The translations under genes were made by a program, and so were the position numbers. A stretch of 64,000 bases of DNA. It comes from Bacillota bacterium. GTDB lineage: Bacteria; Bacillota; Ch66; Ch109. The notes below the pieces were generated by a model that did no database searches, was not told where the DNA came from, and saw nothing but the letters and a program-made list of their open reading frames with translations. The DNA lies in contig JBMNLH010000003.1 of the NCBI GenBank assembly GCA_050952625.1, forward strand, positions 64,001 to 128,000. Reading direction: 5' to 3'. How positions within the stretch are numbered: position 1 is the stretch's first letter; every line of letters starts with the position of its first letter. Below are positions 19,621 through 29,375 of this stretch, in pieces.

Positions 19621-20288
19621 GCACTTATCCCCCTTTCCGCTTCAAAGGAAAAGGTAATATTTTTGTTTCGAGAAACAGATAGTTTTTCCAGTGTTCCCAT
19701 GAGGTAATCTATCGTGATCGCCAATATTGCCGCCGGGATTGCTCCAGCCATAATCGTGGCTGTATCCACTCGAGACAGTCCCAGAAAAATTAAACGCCCT
19801 AGACCTCCTCCGCCAATAAGGGCCGACAGAGTGGCCAGATTAACGGTCATTACCAGGGCGGTTCGCAAACCGGCTAACAATACTGGAAAAGATAGCGGGA
19901 GCTCAACCATAAACAAAAGCTGCCAGCCAGTCATGCCCATCCCTTTGGCTGCTTCCCGAATCGCTGGACTTACTCCGCTGATTCCAGAATAGGTATTCTT
20001 GATAATAGGCAGAAGAGCATACAAAACCAGTGCGGTGATCGCGGTATCCGACCCAATTCCTAAAACCGGCATGAAAAAGGCGAACATGGCCAGGCTGGGT
20101 ACGGTCTGCAAGATATTAGCTAAACCCAAAGTTATCCCGGTCAGCCAGGGCAGCCGAGAGATCAGGATACCCCCTGGAATTCCTAGGCCGGCAGCGATCA
20201 AGACCGCTATCGCCGTTAGGTATAGATGTTCGATGGTTTGATCGATTATTAGGTCCTTCATATTGAACATCTCTACGAAAATTTCCAC
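19617..20288 (-). CDS. opuCB: Osmoprotectant ABC permease
   Basis: QTVPSLAM, EAAKGMGMT, VELPLS, GGGGLG. Confidence 0.85.
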   Translation of the reverse strand: MEIFVEMFNMKDLIIDQTIEHLYLTAIAVLIAAGLGIPGGILISRLPWLTGITLGLANILQTVPSLAMFAFFMPVLGIGSDTAITALVLYALLPIIKNTYSGISGVSPAIREAAKGMGMTGWQLLFMVELPLSFPVLLAGLRTALVMTVNLATLSALIGGGGLGRLIFLGLSRVDTATIMAGAIPAAILAITIDYLMGTLEKLSVSRNKNITFSFEAERGISA

Positions 20289-20299
20289 TGCCAGACCTC

Positions 20300-21412
20300 C
20301 TACAGCATCTCAGCAAAGGCCTTAACTAGACTACCCCGAGTAATCAGACCTTTAAGCCGGTCAGTCTCATCAATTACGGGCAGAAACGGAATAGTATTGT
20401 CACTCATCAGGTTGATGGCTTCCGAAGCCGGGGACCCATACTGGATGGTATGTTTAACTGGCTGCATAACATCTCCCAGGCGTTTAGTTTCATCCAGACC
20501 CTGAGTCTGAACATCCCCGAACCCGACGATGCCCAATAGCTGATGCTGTCGGTTAACGACTAGCAGGCGATCAACTTTATGCTTTTTCATTAATTGGATT
20601 GACTGGGCAAGTCCTCGTTCCGGATAAACAGTGACCGGCTCGGCTAACATAATGTCCTCAACTTTCAACAACCCCGGTTGGCGAAGGAACCAGCGATCCC
20701 CAATAAACTCTCGCACAAACCCTTCCTGCGGATGGCGGAGGATTTCCTCCGGTGAACCGATTTGCAGCACCCTTCCTTCCCGCATGACGACAATTTGATC
20801 TCCCAGCTTGATCGCCTCATCCATGTCGTGGGTAACAAAGACAACGGTCTTTTGTACCTGATTCTGAAGTTCGACCAGTTCGTCCTGCAATTGCTCCCGA
20901 ACCATCGGATCCAGGGAAGCGAAAGGTTCGTCCATTAAGATAACCGGTGGATCAGCCGCCAGAGCGCGGGCCACCCCGACTCGCTGCTGTTGCCCCCCAC
21001 TCAACTCATGTGGATACCGGTCGCGGTATTGCTCTGGAGCGAGTCCGACCATTTGTAAAAGTTCGTCTACTCTCTCTTTTATCCTAGGTAGTTTCCATTT
21101 CAGCAGACGAGGGACAAGGCCTACATTTTCCGCAATCGTCATGTTAGGCAATAGGCCTACCTGTTGAATGACATAGCCAATACTTCGACGGAGTTCAACT
21201 GGATTAAGTTTGCTGATTAAAGTATCGTTAAGATAAATTTCACCGCTGGTAGGATCAATTAGCCGGTTAATCATTTTCATGGTGGTGGTTTTACCACAAC
21301 CACTTGGGCCAATCAGTACTGTGATTTTGCTAGCACAAATATGCAAATTTAGATTATCCAGCACTTTAACGCGATTGGCGTAGGTTTTACAAACCTCTTT
21401 AAACAGGATCAT
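20300..21412 (-). CDS. opuCA: Osmoprotectant ABC ATPase with CBS pair
   Basis: GPSGCGKTT, LSGGQQQRVGVARALAADP, MDEPF, C-terminal CBS domains. Confidence 0.9.
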   Translation of the reverse strand: MILFKEVCKTYANRVKVLDNLNLHICASKITVLIGPSGCGKTTTMKMINRLIDPTSGEIYLNDTLISKLNPVELRRSIGYVIQQVGLLPNMTIAENVGLVPRLLKWKLPRIKERVDELLQMVGLAPEQYRDRYPHELSGGQQQRVGVARALAADPPVILMDEPFASLDPMVREQLQDELVELQNQVQKTVVFVTHDMDEAIKLGDQIVVMREGRVLQIGSPEEILRHPQEGFVREFIGDRWFLRQPGLLKVEDIMLAEPVTVYPERGLAQSIQLMKKHKVDRLLVVNRQHQLLGIVGFGDVQTQGLDETKRLGDVMQPVKHTIQYGSPASEAINLMSDNTIPFLPVIDETDRLKGLITRGSLVKAFAEML

Positions 21413-21887
21413 CTATCTATATCCCCCTTTGATCAGAGCGGGTTTTTCAATTAAGAAAATAACTAAAGTTTGTGCTCTGTTGCGAATAGTCAATGCTAAC
21501 CTTCGTAAAAAAGCGACGGCAAGCAATTATCATGTTCTGATGTTGCCGCTTAGCGACATCAGGTTCTTTGCATTGAACTTGACATGTAAAGTCAGATGTT
21601 AAAGGCAAAGCCATATCTATATTTAGAAATTATTATTAAATAACCAGTAAATTTAAGTGAAATATTTCTTTAGTAATTTTATTATACAACTATGGGACTA
21701 TCTGGTCAACGACTCACCCGATGGATAAAAGTTGCAGGTTGTTGATTCTAAAGATGTAAAAATGACCTTATATTTATGTTTATTGCTATGTTTTGATTGC
21801 AAATAGGTTAATGCCTAACAAAGCCTATAAAACTAACATTAAGATTTAAATATTCTTGATTAAAATGATAGTAATAGTAAAATAGGG

Positions 21888-22196
21888 ATGTTGAAAACGG
21901 CGGGCTATTGGATTGGAGTGAGGAAGTCGAAACAACCACTGATTATGATCCTGCTTATCCTGAATATAATTTCCCTACTTGTGGTCGGTTACGACAAAAG
22001 AATGGCCAGGACCGGCAGTTGGCGAGTAGCCGAAAGTACTTTGCTGACTTTGGGCTTGATTGGCGGTGCCTTAGGGATTTACCTTGGTATGCATATTTTT
22101 CACCATAAAACCCGTCACCTGAAGTTTATTTATGGGATTCCCTTTTGTTTGATCGCCAATGTTGCGACATACTATTTCTTATTTACAAAACTCTAA
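21888..22196 (+). CDS. DUF1294 family membrane protein
   Basis: YDKRMA....WRVAESTL...GGALG......FHHKTRH.KF. Confidence 0.85.
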   Translation: MLKTAGYWIGVRKSKQPLIMILLILNIISLLVVGYDKRMARTGSWRVAESTLLTLGLIGGALGIYLGMHIFHHKTRHLKFIYGIPFCLIANVATYYFLFTKL

Positions 22197-22290
22197 TACT
22201 TCTCGCTCATTGTTTTTATCATTTTCGCTTTTCAAAGCGTTTTAAGCCTGTTATACTTATATTAAGATAATATTAAGCTGGAGGTGCCAG

Positions 22291-22467
22291 ATGGAAACTA
22301 AGGATGTAGTCTTGAAAACACTAAGCGAATCCGAACAGCCTCTAAAAACCGGAGAAATTGCCCAACTGGCGGGACTTGAGAGCAAAGAGGTCGAAAAAGC
22401 AATTAAAGTCTTAAAAAAAGAAGGTAAAATTACCTCTCCCAAAAGGTGTTATTATTCCACCACCTAG
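22291..22467 (+). CDS. Small (58 aa) winged-helix protein
   Basis: Below ORF-track cutoff; GGAGG RBS; METKDVVLKTLSESEQPLKTGEIAQLAGLESKEVEKAIKVLKKEGKITSPKRCYYSTT*. Confidence 0.85.
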   Translation: METKDVVLKTLSESEQPLKTGEIAQLAGLESKEVEKAIKVLKKEGKITSPKRCYYSTT

Positions 22468-22484
22468 TTAAATCGAGCCGGATG

Positions 22485-22889
22485 CTAATCTACATCCGGC
22501 TGCTTATGTTTAAGCATAGCCTGGAGCTGGCGCTCGATGGCGTTATTAAAAGGTTTTTTCGGCTGATTTTTGGGCGGTTGAGTATTCTCGGTTAGGACCT
22601 GCTTGACCAGTCGGTTTACTTCTTGGGGGATGTTCGCCTCCTGTGAGCTTATTACATACTCCATCAGGCCCATTTCCGCAATGTATTTAGAGCGGACCGA
22701 ATCTTTATGCAGCCGGTCTTTGGTAACATGGTGGGGCCCTCGCACATCAATGCAAACCTTTAAACGGGGCAAATAAATATCCAATAAATAAGGACCAAAC
22801 TTTTTCTGGTAGACCACCTTTTCTCCTTTCGCCTCAAAGGCGGCCCCGATCTTTCTTTCACTGGCCGACTGCCATTTATGCTCACTCAC
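22485..22889 (-). CDS. DUF559/Vsr-like endonuclease-fold protein
   Basis: S.SERKI, QKKFGPYLLDIY, DVRGPHH, D..RS. Confidence 0.65.
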   Translation of the reverse strand: MSEHKWQSASERKIGAAFEAKGEKVVYQKKFGPYLLDIYLPRLKVCIDVRGPHHVTKDRLHKDSVRSKYIAEMGLMEYVISSQEANIPQEVNRLVKQVLTENTQPPKNQPKKPFNNAIERQLQAMLKHKQPDVD

Positions 22890-22921
22890 GATTTACCCCC
22901 CTCTCCAACCCTCTTGTTTAT

Positions 22922-23036
22922 TTAGGTCCAAAAGACCCCTACTTCTATAAGTGGGGGTAAGCTTATTCAAGCTTCAGCTGGAGTAGCGTAGCGTCTCCTT
23001 CTGCAGTCCGATGTTTAGCAAAACGGACGAATTCAC
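22922..23036 (+). mobile_element. ~115-bp non-autonomous IS200/IS605-like element, copy A
   Basis: CAAAAGACCCCTACTTCTATAAGTGGGG hairpin ... GAATTCAC end; aligns with 29179-29289 and 30208-30317. Confidence 0.75.
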
Positions 23037-23401
23037 TCAACCACCTCAAACCAGACAGGCGTGGCATCAGCTGGTGCGCCATTATAATTAACGGTTATTT
23101 CTTCTCCTTCTTCAATCTCTCGTAAAGCGACGAAATCAATGGCTAACTCTCTAAGATTTTGGACATACCGGGCATTGGGCTGAAAAGAGTGATTATATAG
23201 GGAGCCATATCCTAAAGCCAAGGCTCCTTGTTTTTCCGCCCAACGGAAACAATAATCGCTCAGCACTGTCTTTTCAACAAAATTCCATTCTTCCGGGGTA
23301 AGGACGATTACTGGGGCTCGTTCAATTAATTCCCCTTTGCCAATTTTATGTTGGGCAAATACTCCCCGGCCTTTGTTCGAACAAAAACCTACGCGAATCA
23401 C
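23033..23401 (-). CDS. SET-domain protein (lysine methyltransferase-like)
   Basis: KGRGVFA, YNHSFQPNA, ALREIEEGEEITVNY. Confidence 0.92.
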   Translation of the reverse strand: MIRVGFCSNKGRGVFAQHKIGKGELIERAPVIVLTPEEWNFVEKTVLSDYCFRWAEKQGALALGYGSLYNHSFQPNARYVQNLRELAIDFVALREIEEGEEITVNYNGAPADATPVWFEVVE

Positions 23402-23419
23402 GGTTAATCCCTTCTTACT

Positions 23420-24031
23420 CTACTCCGAAAGCTGCCACCCATATTCGCCTCGAAACTCAACGAAACGGACATCGCCGAGAGATTCTTTTTTTATCAGGCC
23501 ACTCTCATCTTTGGTAATCAGCATAAGCTCCTGGCTTTGAGACGGGCCGACGGGGACAATCATCCTGCCGCCGGGTTTTAGCTGTTGGATAAGTTTTGTT
23601 GGCAGTTTCCCGGCTGCGGCAGTCACAATAATTCGATCGTATGGGGCAAATTCTGCCCAACCTTCGCTGCCATCACCAACTTTAAAACTGATATTATCAT
23701 AGCCCATATTTTCAAGTTGCGCTCTGCTATTATCTGCTAGTTCTTTAATTCTTTCCACTGTATAAACATGCTGACAGAATTGGGCCAGCAACGCTGTTTG
23801 ATAACCGGAACCAGTGCCAATTTCGAGCACCCGGCATTTTTCGTGAAGATTAAGTTCTTGAGTCATTGCCAAAACCAGGCTGGGTTGAGAGATGGTCTGT
23901 CCATGCCCGATAGGCAGAGGCCGGTCATATTGCGCCAATTCTTTCAGGTTATTATCCGCGATAAATTTACTGCGATCAAGTGTTTTAAAAAAAGCCCAAA
24001 TTTGCTCCCTAGTTACCGGCTTATCTGACAT
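23420..24031 (-). CDS. pcm: Protein-L-isoaspartate O-methyltransferase
   Basis: PIGHGQTISQP, VLEIGTGSGYQ, APYDRIIVTAA, QLKPGGRMIVPVG, VRFV. Confidence 0.95.
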   Translation of the reverse strand: MSDKPVTREQIWAFFKTLDRSKFIADNNLKELAQYDRPLPIGHGQTISQPSLVLAMTQELNLHEKCRVLEIGTGSGYQTALLAQFCQHVYTVERIKELADNSRAQLENMGYDNISFKVGDGSEGWAEFAPYDRIIVTAAAGKLPTKLIQQLKPGGRMIVPVGPSQSQELMLITKDESGLIKKESLGDVRFVEFRGEYGWQLSE

Positions 24032-24144
24032 ATAGAAAAAGCACCTCCGCAGAAGGCTTAATAAAGCAATCGTCTGATTTCAGCTTAACCGAAATAGAAA
24101 ATTTTAAAATTAAATCCAATATTCATGCCTCTAACTTTTTCTTA

Positions 24145-24927
24145 TTATTCCCCAGAGCTACTCTCCAAAGACTTCCCTAAATAAGCCTCGATCACGGCTG
24201 GATTTCGCTGAATTTCAGCTGGCGTGCCACTGGCTATCTTGCGACCATAGTCTAGAACGTCAATGTGGTCCGACAAGTTCATGACAAAATTCATATCGTG
24301 TTCAACTAACATTACCGTGATCCCCAGGTCCCGTATTCGCCGCACGGTTTCCAGCAAGGTTTGTTTTTCGGTAGAATTCATCCCGGCCGCTGGTTCGTCC
24401 AATAAAAGTAATTGGGGCTCAGCAGCCAAGGCCCGCGCAATTTCCAGACGACGCTGATCGCCATAGGATAGATTCCGGGCTAATTCCGCTTCATGGCTAG
24501 TCAAATCAACCAAGGCTAGTGCCTCCCGCGCCTTTTCTGTAATACTTCGTTCCTCTTTTTTCACCCAGGGCAGCCGGGAAAGAGCCCCGAACAGCCCGGC
24601 CCGACTTTTACAGTGCCGACCTATTTTAACATTATCCAGGACCGATAACTCGCCAAAAAGACGAATATTCTGGAAGGTGCGCGCAATCCCTCGGGCGGTA
24701 ATCTGATGGGTTTTTTTGCGGGTGATATCTTGACCCTGAAACCAGATGCGTCCAACATTGGGTGGATAGATTCCGGTAATTACGTTAAAAATAGTACTTT
24801 TTCCGGCCCCGTTAGGGCCAATCAGCGCGTTGATTTGCCCCTCTTCTATTTTTAAGCTGACTCCGTTGACGGCAGTCAGTCCACCAAAATAGACGGTTAG
24901 ATTCTCCAATTCTAACAACGTCGGCAT
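24145..24927 (-). CDS. livG: Branched-chain amino acid ABC ATPase
   Basis: FGGLTAV, GPNGAGKST, ARTFQNIRLF, LSYGDQRRLEIARA, VIEAYLG. Confidence 0.93.
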   Translation of the reverse strand: MPTLLELENLTVYFGGLTAVNGVSLKIEEGQINALIGPNGAGKSTIFNVITGIYPPNVGRIWFQGQDITRKKTHQITARGIARTFQNIRLFGELSVLDNVKIGRHCKSRAGLFGALSRLPWVKKEERSITEKAREALALVDLTSHEAELARNLSYGDQRRLEIARALAAEPQLLLLDEPAAGMNSTEKQTLLETVRRIRDLGITVMLVEHDMNFVMNLSDHIDVLDYGRKIASGTPAEIQRNPAVIEAYLGKSLESSSGE

Positions 24928-24945
24928 ACTTCCACCTCGATCAGT

Positions 24946-25839
24946 TTAGCCTACGGCGGCGGTTTTGTCGCGCCAACGATGGCATAAAGTTTTCCAGACC
25001 CGATAAAGATCGACTCCGCCCAGCAGACCGCGGGGTCGGAATGTCATCATTAGCACCATCAGAGCACCATAAATCAGCATGCGGTACTCCTGAACAAAAC
25101 GCAGGAACTCCGGTGCCAGACTGAGAACCGCGGTTCCGAGGATTGTCCCGGGGATGCTCCCTAATCCGCCGATCACCACAAAGTTTAGAATATCAAACGA
25201 CCGGGAAAAACCAAAATCACTTGGACTGATGTACTGCATCAGATGAGCATAAAGGGCCCCGCTGATCCCCGCAAAAAAAGTGCCAATCGCAAAGGCTTTT
25301 ACTTTATAAAACAAGGTATCGATGCCCATCGCTTCAGCGGCAATTTCATCTTCCCGGATAGCGACCAAAGCTCGACCAAAACGGGAATTCTTAATAAAAT
25401 ACAAACTGCAGATTGATAAAGCAACCAATATATAAATTAAGATAATATTACTTTCTCGGGGAATCCCGGCTAGACCATGCGCCCCGCCGGTTATTTTGGT
25501 ATTAATAAATACCACTCGCACAATTTCTCCAAAACCCAGGGTAGTAATCCCCAAATAATCGCCAGTTAGACGCATCGAGGGAAAACCCAATAAAATGCCA
25601 AAAATGGCAGCCATCACCCCGCCGATCAACAGGTTTAGAATGAAAGGGGTCGACCAATGCAGGGTCATTAGGGTTGAAGTATAAGCCCCGATGCTCATGA
25701 AGGCGGCATGCCCAAAAGAGAATTGCCCGGTAAAACCGGTGATTAGGTTTAAGCCTAGGGCCGCAATCAGATAAACACCGGTGATGCTGAGCACCTGGAT
25801 ATAGTAGGGATTAGTAAAAAAATCCAATAGACCTTCCAT
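24946..25839 (-). CDS. livM: BCAA ABC permease
   Basis: GQFSFGHAAF, DYLGITTLGFGEI, AIREDEIAAEAMGI. Confidence 0.92.
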   Translation of the reverse strand: MEGLLDFFTNPYYIQVLSITGVYLIAALGLNLITGFTGQFSFGHAAFMSIGAYTSTLMTLHWSTPFILNLLIGGVMAAIFGILLGFPSMRLTGDYLGITTLGFGEIVRVVFINTKITGGAHGLAGIPRESNIILIYILVALSICSLYFIKNSRFGRALVAIREDEIAAEAMGIDTLFYKVKAFAIGTFFAGISGALYAHLMQYISPSDFGFSRSFDILNFVVIGGLGSIPGTILGTAVLSLAPEFLRFVQEYRMLIYGALMVLMMTFRPRGLLGGVDLYRVWKTLCHRWRDKTAAVG

Positions 25840-25844
25840 TAATC

Positions 25845-26744
25845 TTACACCTTCCTCTGCACGGGACGTCCCAACAGGCCAGTTGGCCTAAAGAGCAATA
25901 CCAGGATCAACAAAGCAAAAGCAATCGCGTCCCGATAAGTGCCAAAGCCAATGGCGACCCCCGCTACTTCAGCTAGCCCCAGAAAGATCCCGCCCAGCAT
26001 GGCCCCGGGAATACTGCCGATCCCCCCCAATATCGCGGCACAAAAACATTTCAACCCGACGGATACCCCCATAAAAGGATTAACCGAACCGAAATACATC
26101 CCCACCAGCACTCCACCGGCTCCGGCCAAGGCTGCCCCCAGGGAAAAAGTAAAGGAGATGGTCCGGTTGACATTGATCCCCATCAAGGTAGCTGTTTCGT
26201 AATCCTGAGAAGTGGCGCGCATCGCCCGCCCGATTCGGGTATACTTAACGATCAAGTTTAAAGCAACCATCAGGAAACTGGCTACGAGCAAAATGATTAC
26301 CTGAACCAGAGAAAATTTAACCGGTCCTAATAGATAAACGGTATCCGGAATAATTGTCGGAAAGCCCTTGGGATTAGGACCCGCGATCAACGTAATTAAG
26401 GTCTGTAAAAAAATCGATACCCCGATAGCGGAGATTAGCGGGGCGAGCCGAGTAGAATTCCGCAATGGCCGGTATGCTACCCTTTCAATGATCGCCGCCA
26501 GCGGCATACAGACCAGGACCGCGACCAGCAGGGCCACAAAAAAATTCGCCTCATAAACCGTAACCATGATCAGCCCGGCGAAAGCCCCAATCATATACAC
26601 TTCTCCGTGGGCAAAATTAATCAATTGAATAATGCCGTAAACCATAGTGTAACCGAGAGCAATCAGCGCATAGGTTGCTCCTAGCGTTAATCCGTTCACC
26701 GTTTGTTGCGCCACTTGCTGACCCAGTGCCGATAAAAATTCCAT
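25845..26744 (-). CDS. livH: BCAA ABC permease
   Basis: YALIALGYTMVYGI..LINFAHGE, GRAMRA, LMGIN. Confidence 0.93.
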   Translation of the reverse strand: MEFLSALGQQVAQQTVNGLTLGATYALIALGYTMVYGIIQLINFAHGEVYMIGAFAGLIMVTVYEANFFVALLVAVLVCMPLAAIIERVAYRPLRNSTRLAPLISAIGVSIFLQTLITLIAGPNPKGFPTIIPDTVYLLGPVKFSLVQVIILLVASFLMVALNLIVKYTRIGRAMRATSQDYETATLMGINVNRTISFTFSLGAALAGAGGVLVGMYFGSVNPFMGVSVGLKCFCAAILGGIGSIPGAMLGGIFLGLAEVAGVAIGFGTYRDAIAFALLILVLLFRPTGLLGRPVQRKV

Positions 26745-26831
26745 AATTGTTAATTGACCTCCGAAAAATAGTAACGGCAGCCATTACCTAACCCGGCAAC
26801 AACTGCCGCGCTATTTTTTATTACTCTGAAT

Positions 26832-27998
26832 CTACTCGGCAATCGGAATAACCGTCTTTACGGCAAACTGATTATCCTTCACTTCCAGAAGATAAACCGG
26901 ACTCTTGATTGGTTCGCGATTCGCATCAAAGGTAATGGTCCCGGTCACGCCATTCCAGTCTTTAGTTTGGGTTAGTTTCTCACGGTAGACGGTTGGATCG
27001 GCACTGCCGGCCGCTTTGATCGCATCCACTAACAGCATTACCGCATCGTAACCCTGAGCGGAAAACATATCTGGGATATTGTTGTTATTTTTCGCTTGAT
27101 AATTTTCAATAAACTCTTTAGTTTTACCGACTGCGTTGTTGGTATCGACCGCAAAACCGGTATAGACCATACTGCCTTCTACTGCAGCTTCGCCAATCTC
27201 ATAGAGTTCCTTGCCCAGCAGTCCGTCTCCCCCGACCATGACCTGGTTTAGACCCTGCTTGCGCATTTCCTTCATGAACAGGGCCCCCTCGTTATAGTAG
27301 CCGGTAAAGACCACTCCGTCGAATTGTTTTTGCGACATGGCCGTAACCTGCGCGCTGAAGTTGGTGTCCTTCTCCATAATGTTCTGCTCGGTCACGATTT
27401 CAATGCCGTATTTTGCCAATGCTTGCTGAAAGATTGGGGTCAGACTCTCACTGTAAGATAATCCGGTAGTGGTAACTAGGGCAACCTTTTTCCATTTCAG
27501 GTCTTCCGCCAAATATTTCGTTACAGCCGGGGCAGCCACTGCGTCCAGGAGGCAGTCCCGGAAGATATAATCACCTAATTCGACTACGCCGGTCCCTACC
27601 GCACCGGCTGACATTAACACCACTTTGTTGGCTTGACAGATCGGAGCGGCTAATTTGGTAATCCCAGTGGTGGGATCCCCGACTATCGCTGCTACGCCCT
27701 GAGTAATTAACTTTTGGGTCACACTAGCTGCTTCTGAAGAGTTACTGCCGTGGTCTCCCTCGATTATCTCCAATTTTTTACCCAGAAGACCGCCCGCTTT
27801 ATTGACGTCTTCCACTGCCATCTGCATGCCCTTCAAGGTTTCAATCCCGTAATGGGCATGATTGCCGGTCTTACCGCCCAGAAAACCGATCTTAATCGTC
27901 TCTTCTGCTTGGTTTTTAGGGCTCCCACAGCCGGTAGCAACCAGAGCCACCGATAATAAAATGGCTAACATCAAAATCAAGTACCGGTTTTTTCTCAA
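26832..27998 (-). CDS. livK: BCAA ABC substrate-binding lipoprotein
   Basis: Lipobox ATGC, IKIG, N..GGLLGKKLE, YDAVMLL, GVTGTITFD. Confidence 0.88.
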   Translation of the reverse strand: MRKNRYLILMLAILLSVALVATGCGSPKNQAEETIKIGFLGGKTGNHAHYGIETLKGMQMAVEDVNKAGGLLGKKLEIIEGDHGSNSSEAASVTQKLITQGVAAIVGDPTTGITKLAAPICQANKVVLMSAGAVGTGVVELGDYIFRDCLLDAVAAPAVTKYLAEDLKWKKVALVTTTGLSYSESLTPIFQQALAKYGIEIVTEQNIMEKDTNFSAQVTAMSQKQFDGVVFTGYYNEGALFMKEMRKQGLNQVMVGGDGLLGKELYEIGEAAVEGSMVYTGFAVDTNNAVGKTKEFIENYQAKNNNNIPDMFSAQGYDAVMLLVDAIKAAGSADPTVYREKLTQTKDWNGVTGTITFDANREPIKSPVYLLEVKDNQFAVKTVIPIAE

Positions 27999-28133
27999 TT
28001 TTAATCCCCTGCCCCTTCTTAAAAATATAGCAACTATCCCTATGTCCTATGATCTTCTGTGATCTAACCTCTCTCTGCTTTCACCTCCTGTAAAGTTCAC
28101 TTATAAATAAAATAAAACACTTAAAATAACTAT

Positions 28134-28160
28134 TTTCGACAAATCGAGATAATCTCCTGC
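28134..28160 (-). promoter_or_regulatory. SigH-like promoter for the liv operon
   Basis: Minus strand GCAGGA-N17-GAAA. Confidence 0.45.
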
Positions 28161-28218
28161 CTATAGGTTAATGAATCGGTTATTTTTAAATTACAATCTA
28201 ATAGAGCCTATCAAGTCT

Positions 28219-29121
28219 CTAGATCGATGAATTATCCTGGGTCCGGTAGCCCAGAATAAAAATAAAAAGGCCCCCGATAATTATTAGCCCGCCGGCTATT
28301 TGCAGCCATCCCGGGGCTTCATGTAAGATAAGGCAGCCCAAAAGGGTTGCCCCCACCGGTTCGCCTAAAATGCTAACCGACACCACAGCCGCAGGGACAT
28401 AGCGCAATGCCCAATTAAAGACAACGTGCCCGAAAATTGTCGAAACTAAAGCTAAAGCAACAAACCACAACCAATCACTTGCCGGATAAGGATAAAGGGG
28501 AACGGACATTGTAAGAATAAAAATAAATAAAACAAAGGCAGCACTGCCGAAAACCAAAAATACGTAAGGAAACAAGGATAGCCGGCTTCGCAGTTCGCGT
28601 CCAAACAATAAATAAACAGCGACAAAAAAAGCCCCTAAAAACGCCAGCAGATCTCCCCAAAGGGCCATTCCTCCGAGTTGGAAATCTCCTGCTCCGACCA
28701 TGACGCTTCCCGTTAAAGCAACGAACGCCGCTGCAATCCCCCGAACGCTTATTTTTTCCTTTAATAATAAAAATCCGAGGGTGACGACAAATAAAGGCTG
28801 CATCGTCACCAAAACGGTGGAACTGGCAATCGACGTGTATTGGAGGGAAGTTATCCAGACTGCAAAATGGATGGCCAAGAAAACCCCGGCCAGCAACGCC
28901 ATGACCAGATCTCTGCCCCGGATGGTTTTTAATTCTGCCCGGCCGGATTGGTGGAGGGCTAAAGGTGCTAGGAACAGCACGGTGAAGGCGATACGATAAA
29001 AAGCAATGACCAAAGGTGGGGCAGTCGCCAAGCGGGTAAAGATGGAGGCAAAAGAAACCGCGCCCACAGCTAGGATCACTGCCAGATAAGGATTCATCCA
29101 GGGTTCCCTATGATCATCCAT
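28219..29121 (-). CDS. DMT/EamA family transporter
   Basis: About 10 TM in two EamA repeats; WITSLQYTSIASSTVL, LGEPVGA. Confidence 0.9.
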   Translation of the reverse strand: MDDHREPWMNPYLAVILAVGAVSFASIFTRLATAPPLVIAFYRIAFTVLFLAPLALHQSGRAELKTIRGRDLVMALLAGVFLAIHFAVWITSLQYTSIASSTVLVTMQPLFVVTLGFLLLKEKISVRGIAAAFVALTGSVMVGAGDFQLGGMALWGDLLAFLGAFFVAVYLLFGRELRSRLSLFPYVFLVFGSAAFVLFIFILTMSVPLYPYPASDWLWFVALALVSTIFGHVVFNWALRYVPAAVVSVSILGEPVGATLLGCLILHEAPGWLQIAGGLIIIGGLFIFILGYRTQDNSSI

Positions 29122-29178
29122 TTATTATTAACCGTTCCTTCCTTTATGGACAAATATCCCAAACAAGTTCCATACCTA

Positions 29179-29289
29179 ATGAATTCGTTCAGCTTCACTG
29201 AACATCGGGACTTTAGATGGAGACTCTACTCCACTTGAAGTTTAAACAAGGTAACCCCCACTAATAGAAGTGGGAGTCTTTTGATTTAG
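29179..29289 (-). mobile_element. ~110-bp non-autonomous IS200/IS605-like element, copy B
   Basis: Minus strand TTAT|ctaaatcaaaagactcccacttctattagtgggg...gctgaacgaattcat. Confidence 0.75.
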
Positions 29290-29375
29290 ATAAACTCCTC
29301 ACGTCACTTGAGGGGTCCTCTGAGCGCAATTACCCCGTGTTAGAGGAATCTCCACTGTGTTAATTACCAGAAAAC

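Noticed and set aside
21480-21620. Possible riboswitch upstream of opuCA (GCTAACC word, ctgatgttgc/gcgacatcag hairpin)
   Set aside because: The ydaO-like word is on the wrong strand and only one hairpin is evident, so there is not enough to call.
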